DNA of 64,000 nt from Guillardia theta CCMP2712. Taxonomy: Eukaryota > Protista > Cryptophyta. The notes beneath the pieces were generated by a model. That model was given only the letters and a program-made list of their open reading frames with translations, ran no database searches and was not told the origin of the DNA. Position 1 is the first letter of the stretch. Each line of letters opens with the position of its first letter. Below, piece by piece: positions 37,797 to 50,084 of the stretch. The stretch covers positions 606,426 through 670,425 of the forward strand of contig NW_005434672.1 of assembly GCF_000315625.1 (NCBI RefSeq), written 5' to 3'. Position numbers and translations under genes: made by a program.

Positions 37797-37890
37797 ATCG
37801 TTGATTCGATCTCCCACAGTCACAAGCTGAAAGTTGCTAAAGTTGACAAGTGAAGTCAGAGAAGGAGCTGGGTTGGCCTATCCTGGCACC

Positions 37891-40246
37891 ATGGCGCGAA
37901 TCAGTGTGCCTGTGTTGCTGCTTGCTCTTCTTGCCTCAGCCCTCGTTCCGTCAGAGGCAGCATCAGCTATACACCCTCAGAGCAGGAACATTCCAAACGT
38001 GCAGGGGGGCTTCGTCGATCAGAACGAGAGGGTGGAGTGGCGGTCGTGGCGGATGCACGTCACGGACGACCGGACAGAAGTGCTGAGGTTGCGGGGGCTG
38101 CTCAGTCAGGCAGAGAAGGACCTTGAAAACCTGAACGAGGAGCTTATGGATGCAAGGCAAGCGCAGGACAGGGCGAACCTGGCGCTCCAAGACAAGGACA
38201 AGAAGATCGAGCAACTCAGAGACATGCTCCAGACCGAGAGGAATGCCCTGGTGGCGCTGCCTTTCGCTGTGCTCACCTTTGAGCTGACGCTCAGCTGCTT
38301 GCAGGCCTTGGCGAAGCTGAAGGATATGAATGAAGACGAGGACAAGGACAGGTGGATCGATGAGCTGCAAAGAGAGGTGGCAAGCCTCAGAAACAAGCTG
38401 GTCGAATCGCAAGAGTCCGCCAAGGTGACGAGTCGTTCATTTTCATCGCCCGACTGAGTGTCTGTCAGATCCAAGAGGAGTCAATTGCGAAGAGGAAGCT
38501 CGACCTCGAGTCTCAGTTTTCAGATCGTGTGCACGTGATCTCTTGACACGTCAGCCTGTGAGCTTGTAACCTGGTCTTGCCATGTGCAGGAGGAGGCTGA
38601 GAAGATGGCCAAGGAGCTGGTGGAAGACCTGAAAGCATCTTTCGAGACCAACCATGTGATCTTGAGCCGTGGAAGGAAGAGTTCCGACTGACTCGCCCTT
38701 CAGGTGATCTCCCTCGCTTCTGAGAGGGAAGCCAAAGAGAGACAGCGACTGCGGGCGGAGACGTCGGAGAACAAAGTGATGGCGCTGGAGAATCAGATTG
38801 GAGACTTGAGGCAGGTCATTGAGGACATGAACAACACGATTGTTGCACAGGTGGGATGGTTGGGGCAGGGAGGCATGTTCTTAAAGAGGGTGCAGGAGAG
38901 AAAGCTGGAGGCTGCTGCGAAGAGGTTGGAAGAGGACGAGGAGTCCGACTGGTTGCGAGATGGGGCTTTTGGAGGAGAGTCTCCTCGTCGCTCCAAGAAG
39001 GATCTCGAGCGGGTCATCGAGAACCTGAAACAAAGTCTGGTCAAGGTGTCGCCGTCGTCTACACGCCCGCCTCCTTCCCTCACTGGTCTGCGCGCAGGAG
39101 CAGGCGGACTCTATACGCACCACGTCGAAACTGAGGGAGGAGATCGGGAAGGTAGGAGCCGCTGCCCCGAGAGCTTTTCTCACTTTCATCGTCAGCTGCG
39201 AGGTCGCTTGTCGGAGATGAAGATCGCAGGAGTCAATAGCGAGGATTCTTCCTTCGCTCATCAGGTGGAAGACGTTGTGTCGATGTCAGTGAGCTGACGA
39301 GCTTCTTTCCCCTCCCCTTCACTCCCTCTCTTGTCTCCTCCTCCTCCTTTATCTTCTCCACTCCTCTCTAGAAATCTGAATCGCCATCACGCCAAACGGA
39401 TCCAGCTGAAGGACCCACGAGCTTCTTCCAAGATTATCCGCTGCAGCGAAATGCTGAGATACCGGGGAGGTTCGAGTGGGGCATGCGAGGGGAAGAGCGA
39501 GGCAAGAGGCAGCTGGAGAGCAAGGAAGCGCTCTGTGTCGACCTGGCGCTGAACCCGTCGAAGGCCTCCGACCGACTTGCGGTGAGTGACTCGGATGTGG
39601 CGACAGGAGGGGAGAGAGTGAACGTGAGGAGCAGCTGATGAAACAAGAGGAGGAAAGCTACGTCGAGGCGATGCTGGGGGATATGAGACGCCTGCGGGAT
39701 GAAATCAGCTGCCTGGTGCGTCTCCTCGCTTCCTCCTCTTCTCGCTTCCTTCCATCTTCCCCTCCTCGCTTCCTCCTCTCCTCGCTTCCTTCTACGTGCG
39801 TGACGAGCAGGCAGGTTGGAGAGAGCACATGCATGCGCCTCGGACTGCGACAGCTGAGCTCCAACCGCTGCTGTGACTACGGGGGTTGTAAGCCCAGCGG
39901 TTTCGGCTACCAGCCCGGCTTCGCTCCGAGCTATCCCACCACCTACCCCCACAGCTACCCTCTTGCTGAGGGCTACGTTGACCTCAGGTCTTGGCTTCTC
40001 TGCTGTCCCTGGGGCATCTGACCAGCAGCAGGTCCACCACCATCCCCCTCCGCCAGGAGGCTGCCAGTGCCGACGCCCAGCAGTCTTCTCAGGTGACTCC
40101 AACTTGGTCACCCTTGGAGTTTTGAGATGACTTGACACCGACAGGACAAGGAGCCGCAAAGAAGACCTGACAAGGATGTCGAACTGAAGCAGGCGCCCAG
40201 CAAGGAGAAGCGAGGGACAAGCTTTCTGTCTTGTTTCGGGCTGTAG
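37891..40246 (+). CDS. Signal-peptide-bearing long coiled-coil protein, unknown function, multi-exon
   Basis: MARISVPVLLLALLASALVPSEA signal peptide; heptad-rich E/K/L exons split by short introns. The 3' end (…TSFLSCFGL*) is tentative. Confidence 0.65.
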
Positions 40247-40396
40247 TGTGCTTCAAACCATGCATTCCTTGTACAGTGTACAGTAGAGAGATAAGGCAAA
40301 TTGTCAAGAAACTTTCTAACATGTTAAGGCACTCCTGGCGCTCACAGAGTTGCGTTTTCAGCACATGTCAATTATCCGACGCAGGAGTTGCTGACT

Positions 40397-41697
40397 TCAC
40401 TGGTGCGGCAAGAACTTCACGAACCTCTTGGCAATCGAATCCTCGATCTTAGGAAACACCTGCAGCCGCAGACGTCAAACTTCTGGAAAGATGTCAGACT
40501 GTATGAGACCGTGATGAGGTCGAGCTCGCTCATCAGCTCGAGGACCTGGATCTGCTCGTTCTGCGAGTTGGACAACGAGCGGGTCAAGGTAACTGAGTCA
40601 GGGACGTGGGAGTTCAGGACTTGACCTGGAACTTCTCCTTGAGATCTCGTTGCAAGTTTGTTGACAGCACTCCTTCCTTGCACACGATGAGCACAGGGTC
40701 GAGCAGCTCCGTCACCTTCCCAGCGTCACCTCCCGTCAACCCCCGAGCTCTCACCAGGTGGATCTCATTCCTGTAGAGGAACTTGGCGATGATACGCACA
40801 AACTCCTCTCGGTCTTCAAGAACCTCGTGAGGAGGAGGCGTCAGCTCAACCTGCTCGACAAGCTCTCCTTGCACTGTGAGGGCCACCGCCGACCGCACGA
40901 GCTTCAGGTTCTTGGTTGCCAGGACCTCGCGAGCTGCATCGAGCTGGCCGTTCAAGTCCCTGTCATGTATCTAGTTGTGCGAGTGAGCGGAGAATTGAGA
41001 GGAGAGATGAGGAGCGGAGGGAAGAGGGCAGGTGAGAGGAGGGGAGGGGAGGACGGGAACATCTCCAACCTCGCAGATCCCAAGTTTCTCTGACCACTTG
41101 CAGATGGCGACGGGGGTGTCACACGGGTAGCACAGGTAGTACTTGTTGCCCTGCCGATTCACCTTCTGATCCATGAAGCACTCGACAAACTTGAGCTCCT
41201 GCGCTCCTCCTGTCAAGAACCCGCAAGGTCGGGGCAGAGCTCACCCAAGGATCGACGACAAAGATGTTGTTCCCACCCATGGTGATGCAGCTCTTTGATC
41301 AAAGGATGAGAACACTCGCGGGTGGCAGGAGAGGAGGGGGAGAGGTGTGGAGAAGAGGAGAGGAGAGGAGAGGAGAGGAGAGGAGAGGAGAGGAGAGGAG
41401 AGGAGAGGAGGGGCGGAAAGAAACTGGTACCTCAATGTCGGTCAGGAGTTGTTGGTATTGCATGCTCCATCGTGTCGTTGTTGCCTTGCCCCTCGTCTTG
41501 ACCTGCCGACATTCCCTTCGCGTTCCTAGCATGCAGCGGCAGAGCCCTCGGAGAATCATCCCTTGGCCGCACCCAGCCAGCACGCTCGACTCTTGGAAGG
41601 CATGTCCAGCCTGAGCGAGGAGGAGGAGGAGGAGGAGGAGGGAGGGGAGGGAGGGAGGATAGGGTCCTCGCTCGCTCTTCGCCCGCATGTGGCCCAT
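40397..41697 (-). CDS. DUF3727/DUF1292-family plastid protein with bipartite presequence
   Basis: Signal peptide ending GHA|F; ECFMDQKV..YYLCYPCDTPVAI, AREVLATKNLKLVRSAVALTVQGEL and LLDPVLIV match the cyanobacterial DUF3727 pattern. Confidence 0.75.
41354..41409 (+). repeat. (AGAGG)n intronic microsatellite
   Basis: Tandem pentamer. Confidence 0.9.
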
Positions 41698-41962
41698 TAC
41701 GCCATGCTTCCTGAAAAAAGGTGTTCAGGATTTTTCGGCCGGGGCTGAGGCGGACGGGGGAGGAACCAAGAGGTCGAGGAGGGCAGGGAAGCAGCGGGAG
41801 GGGGAGAGGAGACGGAGGGAGCAGGGCAGAGGCTGTGGATAGAGGAGAAGGAGAGCCGATGGCAAGGTAGAGTAGGAACAGAGGAGTGCGGGTGAGGAGC
41901 AGCAGCGGGAAGGGGAGCGGGAGGGCGAGGGGGCGGTAAAGGGGAGCTGGGGGGGAGGTAAG

Positions 41963-42791
41963 ATGGGATCGGCGAGGAAGAAGAAGAACCCGAGGAAGCA
42001 CTACAAGGTGCTGCACGAGGTCGGCCGGGGGACTTTCGGGGTTGTGTGCAAGGCGATCAAGAAGAAGACCGGGGAGGAGGTGGCGATCAAGAACATCAAG
42101 CTCGTCCACAAGATCCATGAGGGGGTCAGCACCTCCGCCATCGATGAGATCCGCATCATGCAGGTGGGAGGCGCGAGGCTGAGAGAGCGGGAGAGCGGGT
42201 GAGCGGATGGTGGCAGGAGCTTCACCATCCCAACGTGCTGTCCATCCATGAAGTCTTCTCCCCGCGGTTCCTGCCCCCTTTTGTGCTCCTCCTCCTGTTG
42301 AAGTTCCCGCGCCATGCAGGGAAGGGACGCTCTCGCTCGTCCTGGACTTCATCCCCATGGACATGGAGATGATCATCAAGGCCAAGGACATGACGTCGGA
42401 CAAGTACGTCCCGATGCCTTCCGAAGACATCAAGGCCTACATGCAGGTCAGCCGTTTCCCACTCTCCCTTCCCTCTATCCCCCCTCCTTCCTCTCCTCCC
42501 TTCACTGGCTCACCTTCGCGCCCTCCAGATGTTTCTCAGAGGAATCAACGCCTGCCATCAGAACTTCGTCCTTCACAGAGACCTCAAGGTCTGCAACAAG
42601 CTCAGTCGTGCTCTCCCCCCCTGACCAGCCTCAGCCTGCCAATCTTCTCCTGAGCGCCAATGGCGTCCTCAAACTTTGCGACTTCGGCCTAGCGAGGACG
42701 TACGGGAGCCCTAATGCCAAGTTCTCGCCACAGGTCCCTCCACCTCCTCCTTCTCATCATGATCGTTATCATCATCATCATCATCATCATT

Positions 42792-42841
<50 letters not shown>

Positions 42842-43784
42842 TCTTCTCCGCCACCTGACGGTGCAGTTGACAGGCGGTGACTTTATGGTATCGGCCGCTG
42901 GAGATGCTGCTGGGTGCCGACAGATACGGACCAGCCGTGGACATGTGGGCACGGGCAAGAGGCGGGAGGGAGGGAGTGACCTGACCCTGTCGCAGGTGGG
43001 GGGTGGGTTGCATCTTTGCCGAGATGCTGCTGCGAAACCCGCTGTTTCCCACGGGGAGAGGAGCGACTGACGTGGATCAGGTCGAGCAGGGACGTGGGGT
43101 GGGTACTTGCTGAGCTTCAGGCAGGTTTGTCAGATCGTGCGTTGCATGGGGGCGCCAACGGAACGGAACTGGCCGGGTTTCGATCAACTTCCAATCCTCC
43201 TCAAGTTCCAGCAGGTCTCCTGCTCCTCCCCAGCCTGTAGCCAGCCCCACTGATATCGCGCAGATTCCCCCGACGCCCCTCGCGCGCGTGATCCTCACTC
43301 TCATCATCGCCTCCTGCTCCGCACTGACAAGGGACCAGGTGATCCCAGCGGCACCCAAGGATGCGCTCGACCTGCTGGACAAACTTCTCAGCTACGATCC
43401 CAACAAGAGGATCTCAGCGGAGGAGGTGATATTTTTTCCCTCCCTCCTTCATCCCCTTGCTCTTGCCGATTGACTTTCACTTGTGTGTGCTTGACCTCGT
43501 CTCCTTCCAGGCCCTCAAGCATGAGTACTTCCGCAACGCTCCGGCCCCTGCCTCCACCGCTCAAATTGCCGATCACATCTCAGTCTTGATCAAAAAGCCC
43601 AGCAGCCAAGTCTCCAGCACCCTCCCCAGCTCAGGTGCTCTTGCTCTGCCTGCTCGTCCGCCCTCCTGACCTCGTGTTGCCATCCTTGACATGATCAGAG
43701 ACGATGCCGGGGGAGAGCCCGTACAAGCCGAGCTCGAAGCGATCGGCCGCTGAGGCAGGTTTGGCGTCTCCGAACTACGGGTGA
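41963..43784 (+). CDS. CDK7: Cyclin-dependent kinase, CDK7/CDKD (CAK)-like
   Basis: [71 protein letters not shown] and YGSPN are CDK7-type features. Confidence 0.75.
42768..42841 (+). repeat. (CAT)n intronic microsatellite
   Basis: Trinucleotide run inside a CDK intron. Confidence 0.95.
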
Positions 43785-43983
43785 TCCACGAGCTGTAGGA
43801 AAGGCAGGAAATTGGTAGGACGGGAATGAAGAAGCTGAAGGCGAGGAAGAGCACGTCTGACACAGGAAGGCTCCCTAAGGACTCAGCGTTGCCCTCTTCT
43901 GGTTTATTCTGGTTGGCTGTAGGAAAACAAACGGCTGCTTACTAACAAGGCGCGGGCGGCGGATCGCGAGCTCGAGATTCGCA

Positions 43984-44948
43984 TCACTGCAGAACACCCT
44001 TGGTGCTGGGAACGCCAGCGCCTGAGTCTGCACTGATCGCCTGCCCTTCAACGTCACTGGGAGCGGATGGGGCAGCAGCGGAGTCACCTGACGGAGGGCG
44101 ACGCCGAGGGCCTTGAAGGCGGATTCAGCCTTGTGATGGTCGTTCTTGCCCTTGAGGTTGTCGACATGCAGGGTGATCCTCGCCTCGGTCGCGAACGACT
44201 CCATGACGTGGGGGATCATCTCGCACGAGAGCTCTCCGATCTTCTCCCTCACCAGGTTGAGCTCGATGTGCGCCGAGGGCCTCGAGGAGATGTCGACGAC
44301 GGCGCGCGAGAGAGCCTCGTCGAGGGGGCAGTAGGCGTGCCCGAACCTCTTGATGTCCTTCCTGTCCCCGAGGGCCTTGTCGAAGGCTTCTCCCACTGTC
44401 AGCGCACAGTCCTCTGCTGTGTGATGGTCGTCGATGTGGAGGTCGCCCTTGCATCTGCGGGATGACATGTCAGGCACATCAGCACATCAGCACACTAGCA
44501 TGCTCTACAGGCGTTCTCATCAGAAGAGACGCTTCTGGTGCTACACCTGCTCTTCACGATACCAGTGAAGGCTTGCTACCGCAAACCTACTCCTCAACTC
44601 TCGTTTGCTGCCAGTGGTCTGCCTACGTCCTCAGAATTTCCATACACTCGAGAAAGAATGCGGACAAAATCACTTGGGCAGACGGATCAGAACATGACAG
44701 CATCATGCTTGAACGCGTGAGACAAGGATCTACGAGCTTCTCGCATGGCGACGCCACCTCGCAGCACAAGCACGCATTGCTTACTTGAGCGTGAGGTCGA
44801 TCCTGCCGTGCTTGGACATGGCGGTGAACATGTGGTCGAGGAAGCCGATGCCTGTGCTGATGTCGCTCTTGCCGGTGCCATCGAGGTTCAGCTCCACCTC
44901 CACGTCCGTCTCCTTCGTCTTCCTGCTCACTCGCGCAGTCCTCGCCAT
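43984..44948 (-). CDS. HIS3: Imidazoleglycerol-phosphate dehydratase
   Basis: [55 protein letters not shown]; introns at 44455-44784 and about 44041-44087. Confidence 0.97.
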
Positions 44949-45253
44949 TTCAGCCCCCACTGAAAACAAAAAGGGGGAAGATCTCTGTAAAAGGAATGGG
45001 ATTTTGTTTTTAAAAAAAAAACATCAAAGGAGATCGGATGGGCGAAGCCGAAGGCGGCACGGCAGCTCTATGGCGACCGGCGGGAGCGAAGAAGAGAGGA
45101 GGAGAGCGAAGCAGAGGCAGAGCAGAGAGAAGGGGAAGCAGAGAGGACAGGGAGGGACGGGGAGGGAGGAAAGAGGAGGATGAAAGTTGCGGTGAGATCA
45201 CTTGAGGTCTGGTTGCTTCAGAGATCAGTCATCGACAGCGCGGCCTGCTGAAG

Positions 45254-48101
45254 ATGGACCCCAAGCTCAAGCAACTCCTGGCGCGACGAAAGCAAGACGC
45301 TGACAAGTACGATGACTACCATGACCAGGACCCTCCAACGCCGTCGCAACTTCCAGCCAAGAAGAAAGACAAACTCCTCAAGGCGCTAGATGAAGCTGTT
45401 GAGAGCGTCATCGAAGAACAGGAGAAGACGCTAGCTGGTGCTGCGGCGCGTGCTAAGGCTGAGCTGAAACCTGTTCTTGGAGAAAGGAAGGAATCCAAGC
45501 ACGCGAGTCAAGATGGGAAAAGAGACCTCGACGACGTGGCCATTGACATCCCGAGCGCAGAAGAGGAAGCCAGAACGAGACGAGCGAGAGTTGACAGCGA
45601 CGAGGCCCACGAAGAGCCTCCACAGAGAAAACACGATGCTCTCGCCTCCATGGCACACGCTCGCCTCAGTCAGGCCGACAAGCTCCGTGACTCTGACCCT
45701 CAAGTCAAGCCTCTCGACAGCGTCGCCATCGACGTCCGCAGCGTCTTCGACCACATGGAGGAGGCCAAGAAGAAGCCCAAGAAGCCCGACAAGACCCACG
45801 ACGCCCTCGCGTCCATGGCAGAGGCTCGCTTGTCTCACTCCAGCAGCAGACTCGACGGCGTCGACACGTCGTCTCTCTTCGATCGCAAGCATGCAGACAA
45901 GGCCCAGGATAGAGCAGCAGGGAAGGGGCTGGGCGCCGTGGCCGAAGGAGGAGAGGACGAGGAGGACGAGGAGGGAGGGGCAGGGTCGCGGGTGCCGTCC
46001 ATGCTGGAGTCCAAGGGCCCGTCTGCACTGCAGCAGTCTCTACAGAAAGCCTCGTCCTCGTCGGACAGCGCGGCGTCAAAGAAGGAGGACTTTGCGAGCA
46101 AGCTGAGCAACTTGAAGTCGCTGGTGACGAAAGGAGCGAAGCCGGAGGAGGGCGGCAGAGGAGAGGCGAAGGGGGAGAAGGGGGAGGGAGAGGCCAAGGT
46201 GTCAGGAGGAGGAGGAGGAGGAGGAGGAGGAGAGTCAGGAGTCGTGTCGGAGTCCATCTGGAGTTCCATGTGGGCGGGGCAGGTGCAAGCGAAGAGGGAC
46301 GATGTGCTGGAGTCGTACAAGAAAGGGAGACTGCAGGAGCAAGACTTAAAGCGGTTGAAGGTCGACGAGGACGCGCCTGGCGATGCTCAGAGAGAAGCGA
46401 AAGAGGCGCCCTCTCCTCTTCAATCAAGACAACGTGTCACTGTTGATGAGCTTCCATCCGAAGACAGAGCGTTGAACTTCAAGATAGCCAAGCTTGAGAA
46501 GAAGATGCAGAAGGCAGAGAAGATGAAGGACGCGAGCAAGGCAAGGATGTACAGCATGGAGATCCAGAGGCTTCGCGAGCAACTTCAAGGGCTGAGCCAG
46601 GATGATTCCGACGAGTACTTCTCCCCGCTCTTCGAGGAGAAGGAGAAACCCTCCACAGGCTTCGGCTCCAAGCTCGCGCAGTTCAAAGACATGCTTGCCA
46701 TGCGGCGCAAGCACGAGGTAGCGAGGAAGGCGCCGAGCGAAGCGAGCTCCAAGACAGAAGTGACGGAGAAGGGAGCGATCGAAGAGGAAGAGATCTGCGG
46801 CGTCGGCCTCCGTCTGAACCTCGTTGGGCAGAAGTTTGTGGTGCTGGCGATTCTTGCAGGAACTTCAGCTGAGAAGTCCGGGATGAGGATTGGGGATGTC
46901 GTCACGCGGGTGGATGGCACGAGCGTGGCGGGATGGACGATCGAGATGATCTCAAACAAGCTGCGAGGTCCCCTCGGGTCTCAGGTCTCTGTCTCCCTGC
47001 TGGACGGCAGAGAGGTGGTGCTCACAAGAACTTCCGTCTCCTCGCTCCTCAAGGACCTCGAGGACGCGCTGCATCCTCAAACCTGGATCAAAGAATCTGA
47101 TCGCGTCAAGCGCCAGTACGCTCAAATCCAGCAAGACGACCTGCCGGTTGCCATCGAAGAGGCGGAGGAGGGGGAGGAGGACGAGGACGTCGGAGGATAT
47201 TTGAGACTATCGCGATCGGCCGAGAAGTTCGAGGCTGTCAGAGAGTCTGTGGATGAGAACAGACGCTGGAGCTTTGGGTTCGACTTCGACACTCAAGGAC
47301 CCGCCGACATCTGGTCAAAGCCGCCCGCAAGGTAAAGGAGAGAGGGGCGAGGAGAGGAGAGGAAGCGGAGAGGAGGTGAGAGGGGAGGAAAGGAGGAGGA
47401 AAGGAGAGGAGGATGGTAGAGCTTGTCTGGAGCTAAAAGTTTTGGCTGGCAGACACGTCCAGGAGTCCATGACTTCAGCGATCGCGTCTGCCATGAACGC
47501 GATGCGCCAGCATGGAGGAGCCGAGTTCGGGTCGGGCATGTACTCAGTCAAGTCAGGCGGCGACATGAGCAAGGCTTCCATGGGGATCGGGCGGCTGTTG
47601 AGCAGGAGCAGGCAGAAGGCAGGGAAACTTCTCGGGCAGCAGCCCAGCAGGGGTGGCATCAATCATGACATCCTCTATGCTGGCGTGCAGCTGAGCGAGA
47701 TCGAGTCGCTCCCTCGCAAGACCGCCAAGACCATCGCGCTCGAGAGGATCCGCAAGGCCTTGAGGTCGATCGAGCGGCAGAACGAGGCTGCTGCTCGCTC
47801 CAGATACGACTGGAGCCTGGAAGAGGAAGAGGAGATCTTGAACCAGACCCTCCCTCCCGCCAACGTCCGGGCGCAGGAAGACAGCGACCGGGAGGACACC
47901 TGGTGCCTCCTCCTGTGCTGCAAACTCGTGCGCCGCGACCTGGCGTCGTGCTGGCAGGACATGTTCGACAACCTCCAGTGTCGCTCTCGCCCGACCCTCA
48001 AGTGCGTCATGATCGCCACCTGCTCCGCCTACTGCGCCCTCATCGCCGCCGGCGTCCTCGCCCTCCTCTACCTGGTGCCGGTCACCACCCGGCAAGTCTA
48101 G
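45254..48101 (+). CDS. Charged/coiled-coil protein with PDZ domain and C-terminal TM (tail-anchored)
   Basis: PDZ CGVGLRL..FVVLAILAGTSAEKSGMRIGDVVTRVDG..LRGPLGSQVSVSL; intron 47332-47451; Cys-rich stretch, then TM VMIATCSAYCALIAAGVLALLYLV. Confidence 0.8.
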
Positions 48102-48241
48102 CCCTGTAGACCCTAAACAAGACCCCTCTACCCCGCTGTTTTTATAATAGCCCTCCTAGGAGAAACCCACTATCCCTTCACCCTGCCCTATTACGTCACC
48201 CTGTCCCTCTCCCCGACAGCCGATGCACGTGTAGAGGAGGG

Positions 48242-49672
48242 ATGGAAGGGAAGGCAGGAGGGAGGGAGATGAAGATGAGGTCCAACTTCGCTCGCGTCGA
48301 GGCTCTTCACGCCGCCGCCATGGCCCTCCAGTGCCTCCTGCCGCGGGAAGCCGGAGGGCCTCGAGAGCTCGCGGGTGACCCTGAGGGGCTGCAGCGCTGG
48401 CTCTCAGCAGGAAGAGAGGCTAGAAACTCGATCCCCCAGCTCGATTGGAGCGAGAGGAGCAGCGTAGAGGCCTGCGGTAGCCTCGTCTCCTCCGTCCTTC
48501 CCTGCTGCGTTCCTGCCATGCAGAGCGGCTGGGGCGGGCGATGGCAGGAAGACCCAGACCTAGGAAAGAGAGGTCTGCTGCTGATGTTACAAGTGCTGGG
48601 GAATGCAGCCGCAAGCCATCGGAGCATGAGAGATCAGATCTGGGAGGATGCATGGCCGGCGCCTCTCCTCGACCTGGTGCTTGCGGATACACATTCCAGT
48701 TGCAAGTCAGTGGTGGCGATGATTGCATACAACGTGTTGAAGAACAACACCGAGGCCTCGTTGAAGTTTGTGAGCAGCGAAGAGGGGGGGGTGTTCCTCT
48801 TCTCCCTCCTCAAGTGCTTCTATCACAAGCAAGAGACTCCCCTCAGCCCGGACGAGCAGAGCGGCCTGACAGACCTGGGAGGATGGTTGGAGGTCATCAT
48901 GGAAGAGCTGGTGCAGCAGGGGCACCTGACGGCGGTGCATCAGAGGCTGGGGACGCTGCCGAGCTCGGGCGGGGACAACGCTGAGCTTCTGTTCTGGTAC
49001 CTGATGGACGACATGACGAGCAACTCCTTACAAGGGATCGCGAGCAGCGAAGAGTTCGAGGAGAAGGGCACGTTGAAGCTGCAGCCCCGAGACTACGAGT
49101 ACCTGGCGGTCGAGCTCGGCCTCATCTTCGAGGTCTGCCTGGATTGTGCTCGCAGGGGAAGCAAGTGTGAGGCCGTGACGGCGATCAAGCTCAGGCAGGT
49201 CATGCATGTTGTGGCCTCCTCACTCGGCTTCGCCTCCAGCAGCATCCGCAAGTGCTACCGCGACAAGGGGCTGCTGCGCAGCTGCATCAACCTCCTCAAG
49301 TCGCTCTCCCACGCGCAGGCGCTCAAGACGGAGATGGGATTAAAGTGTGACGTCATCCGCATCCTAGCCAACATGTGCTACCGCGATCGAGAGTCTCAGG
49401 ACATGGTGCGAGAGCTCGGGGGGATCCCGCTGATCCTGCAAGCGTCCAACATGGACGAGAACAACCCTTTCTCGCGGGAGTGGTCGATCTTGGCCGTTAG
49501 GAACCTGTGCGAGGGTAACGAGGCGAACCAAGAGATCATCGCCGGGATCAAACCCAAGGAGGTGGCCTCGATACCGCAGGAGCTCAAAGACAAGGGGATG
49601 CAGGTGGAGCTGGACAAGTCGACGGGGAAGGTGAAGTTGGTGCGCGATGGGGCGGTGAGAGCGACTTGCTGA
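48242..49672 (+). CDS. ATXN10: Ataxin-10 homolog
   Basis: C-terminal KCDVIRILANMCYR..QDMVRELGGIPLIL..MDENNPFSREWSILAVRNLCEGNEANQEII signature. Confidence 0.92.
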   Translation: MEGKAGGREMKMRSNFARVEALHAAAMALQCLLPREAGGPRELAGDPEGLQRWLSAGREARNSIPQLDWSERSSVEACGSLVSSVLPCCVPAMQSGWGGRWQEDPDLGKRGLLLMLQVLGNAAASHRSMRDQIWEDAWPAPLLDLVLADTHSSCKSVVAMIAYNVLKNNTEASLKFVSSEEGGVFLFSLLKCFYHKQETPLSPDEQSGLTDLGGWLEVIMEELVQQGHLTAVHQRLGTLPSSGGDNAELLFWYLMDDMTSNSLQGIASSEEFEEKGTLKLQPRDYEYLAVELGLIFEVCLDCARRGSKCEAVTAIKLRQVMHVVASSLGFASSSIRKCYRDKGLLRSCINLLKSLSHAQALKTEMGLKCDVIRILANMCYRDRESQDMVRELGGIPLILQASNMDENNPFSREWSILAVRNLCEGNEANQEIIAGIKPKEVASIPQELKDKGMQVELDKSTGKVKLVRDGAVRATC

Positions 49673-50084
49673 GCGCGAGATGTCGAGGAGCCTCTGACTC
49701 ACTCGCAGGGCCCGACCGGCACTGGGGGTGCGACACCATCGAGACTGCAAGACACGGACAACTCGACGAGGACCATGGTGGAGGAGCTGAAGAACATGGG
49801 GCTACGGGCAAACGTGAGAAGCTTGCTGCTTGAGCTGTTGGCAACAAGTAATACTGATCGGCAGATGGATGAAGACACGGGATTGGTAGATATCAGCCAC
49901 CCTGACGCCAAGCCTTCTACATCAGTTTATCACCCAACTATATGACCAAAAAATGACAACCAAAACTGTAAATTTCAATTCAGAAAGCTCCAGCGGTGAT
50001 AGCATCTGCTGTTAACTTGCTGGGTAGCACATACTTGGACTGATTCAAGCTTAGCTAACCGACATCTGCCGCGAGGGATCTGAT

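Noticed and set aside
37581-37823. PAPAPA/ALALAL ORF
   Set aside because: Translation of a hexamer microsatellite.
42314-42880. Poly-His / poly-Asp / poly-Met ORFs
   Set aside because: (CAT)n microsatellite within a CDK intron.
44516-44523. CUGAUGAG hammerhead-like core
   Set aside because: No GAAA positioned across a compatible stem II.
44629-44641. GGAAAUUCUGAG resembling RNase P RNA conserved region I
   Set aside because: No matching CR-V element downstream to form P4.
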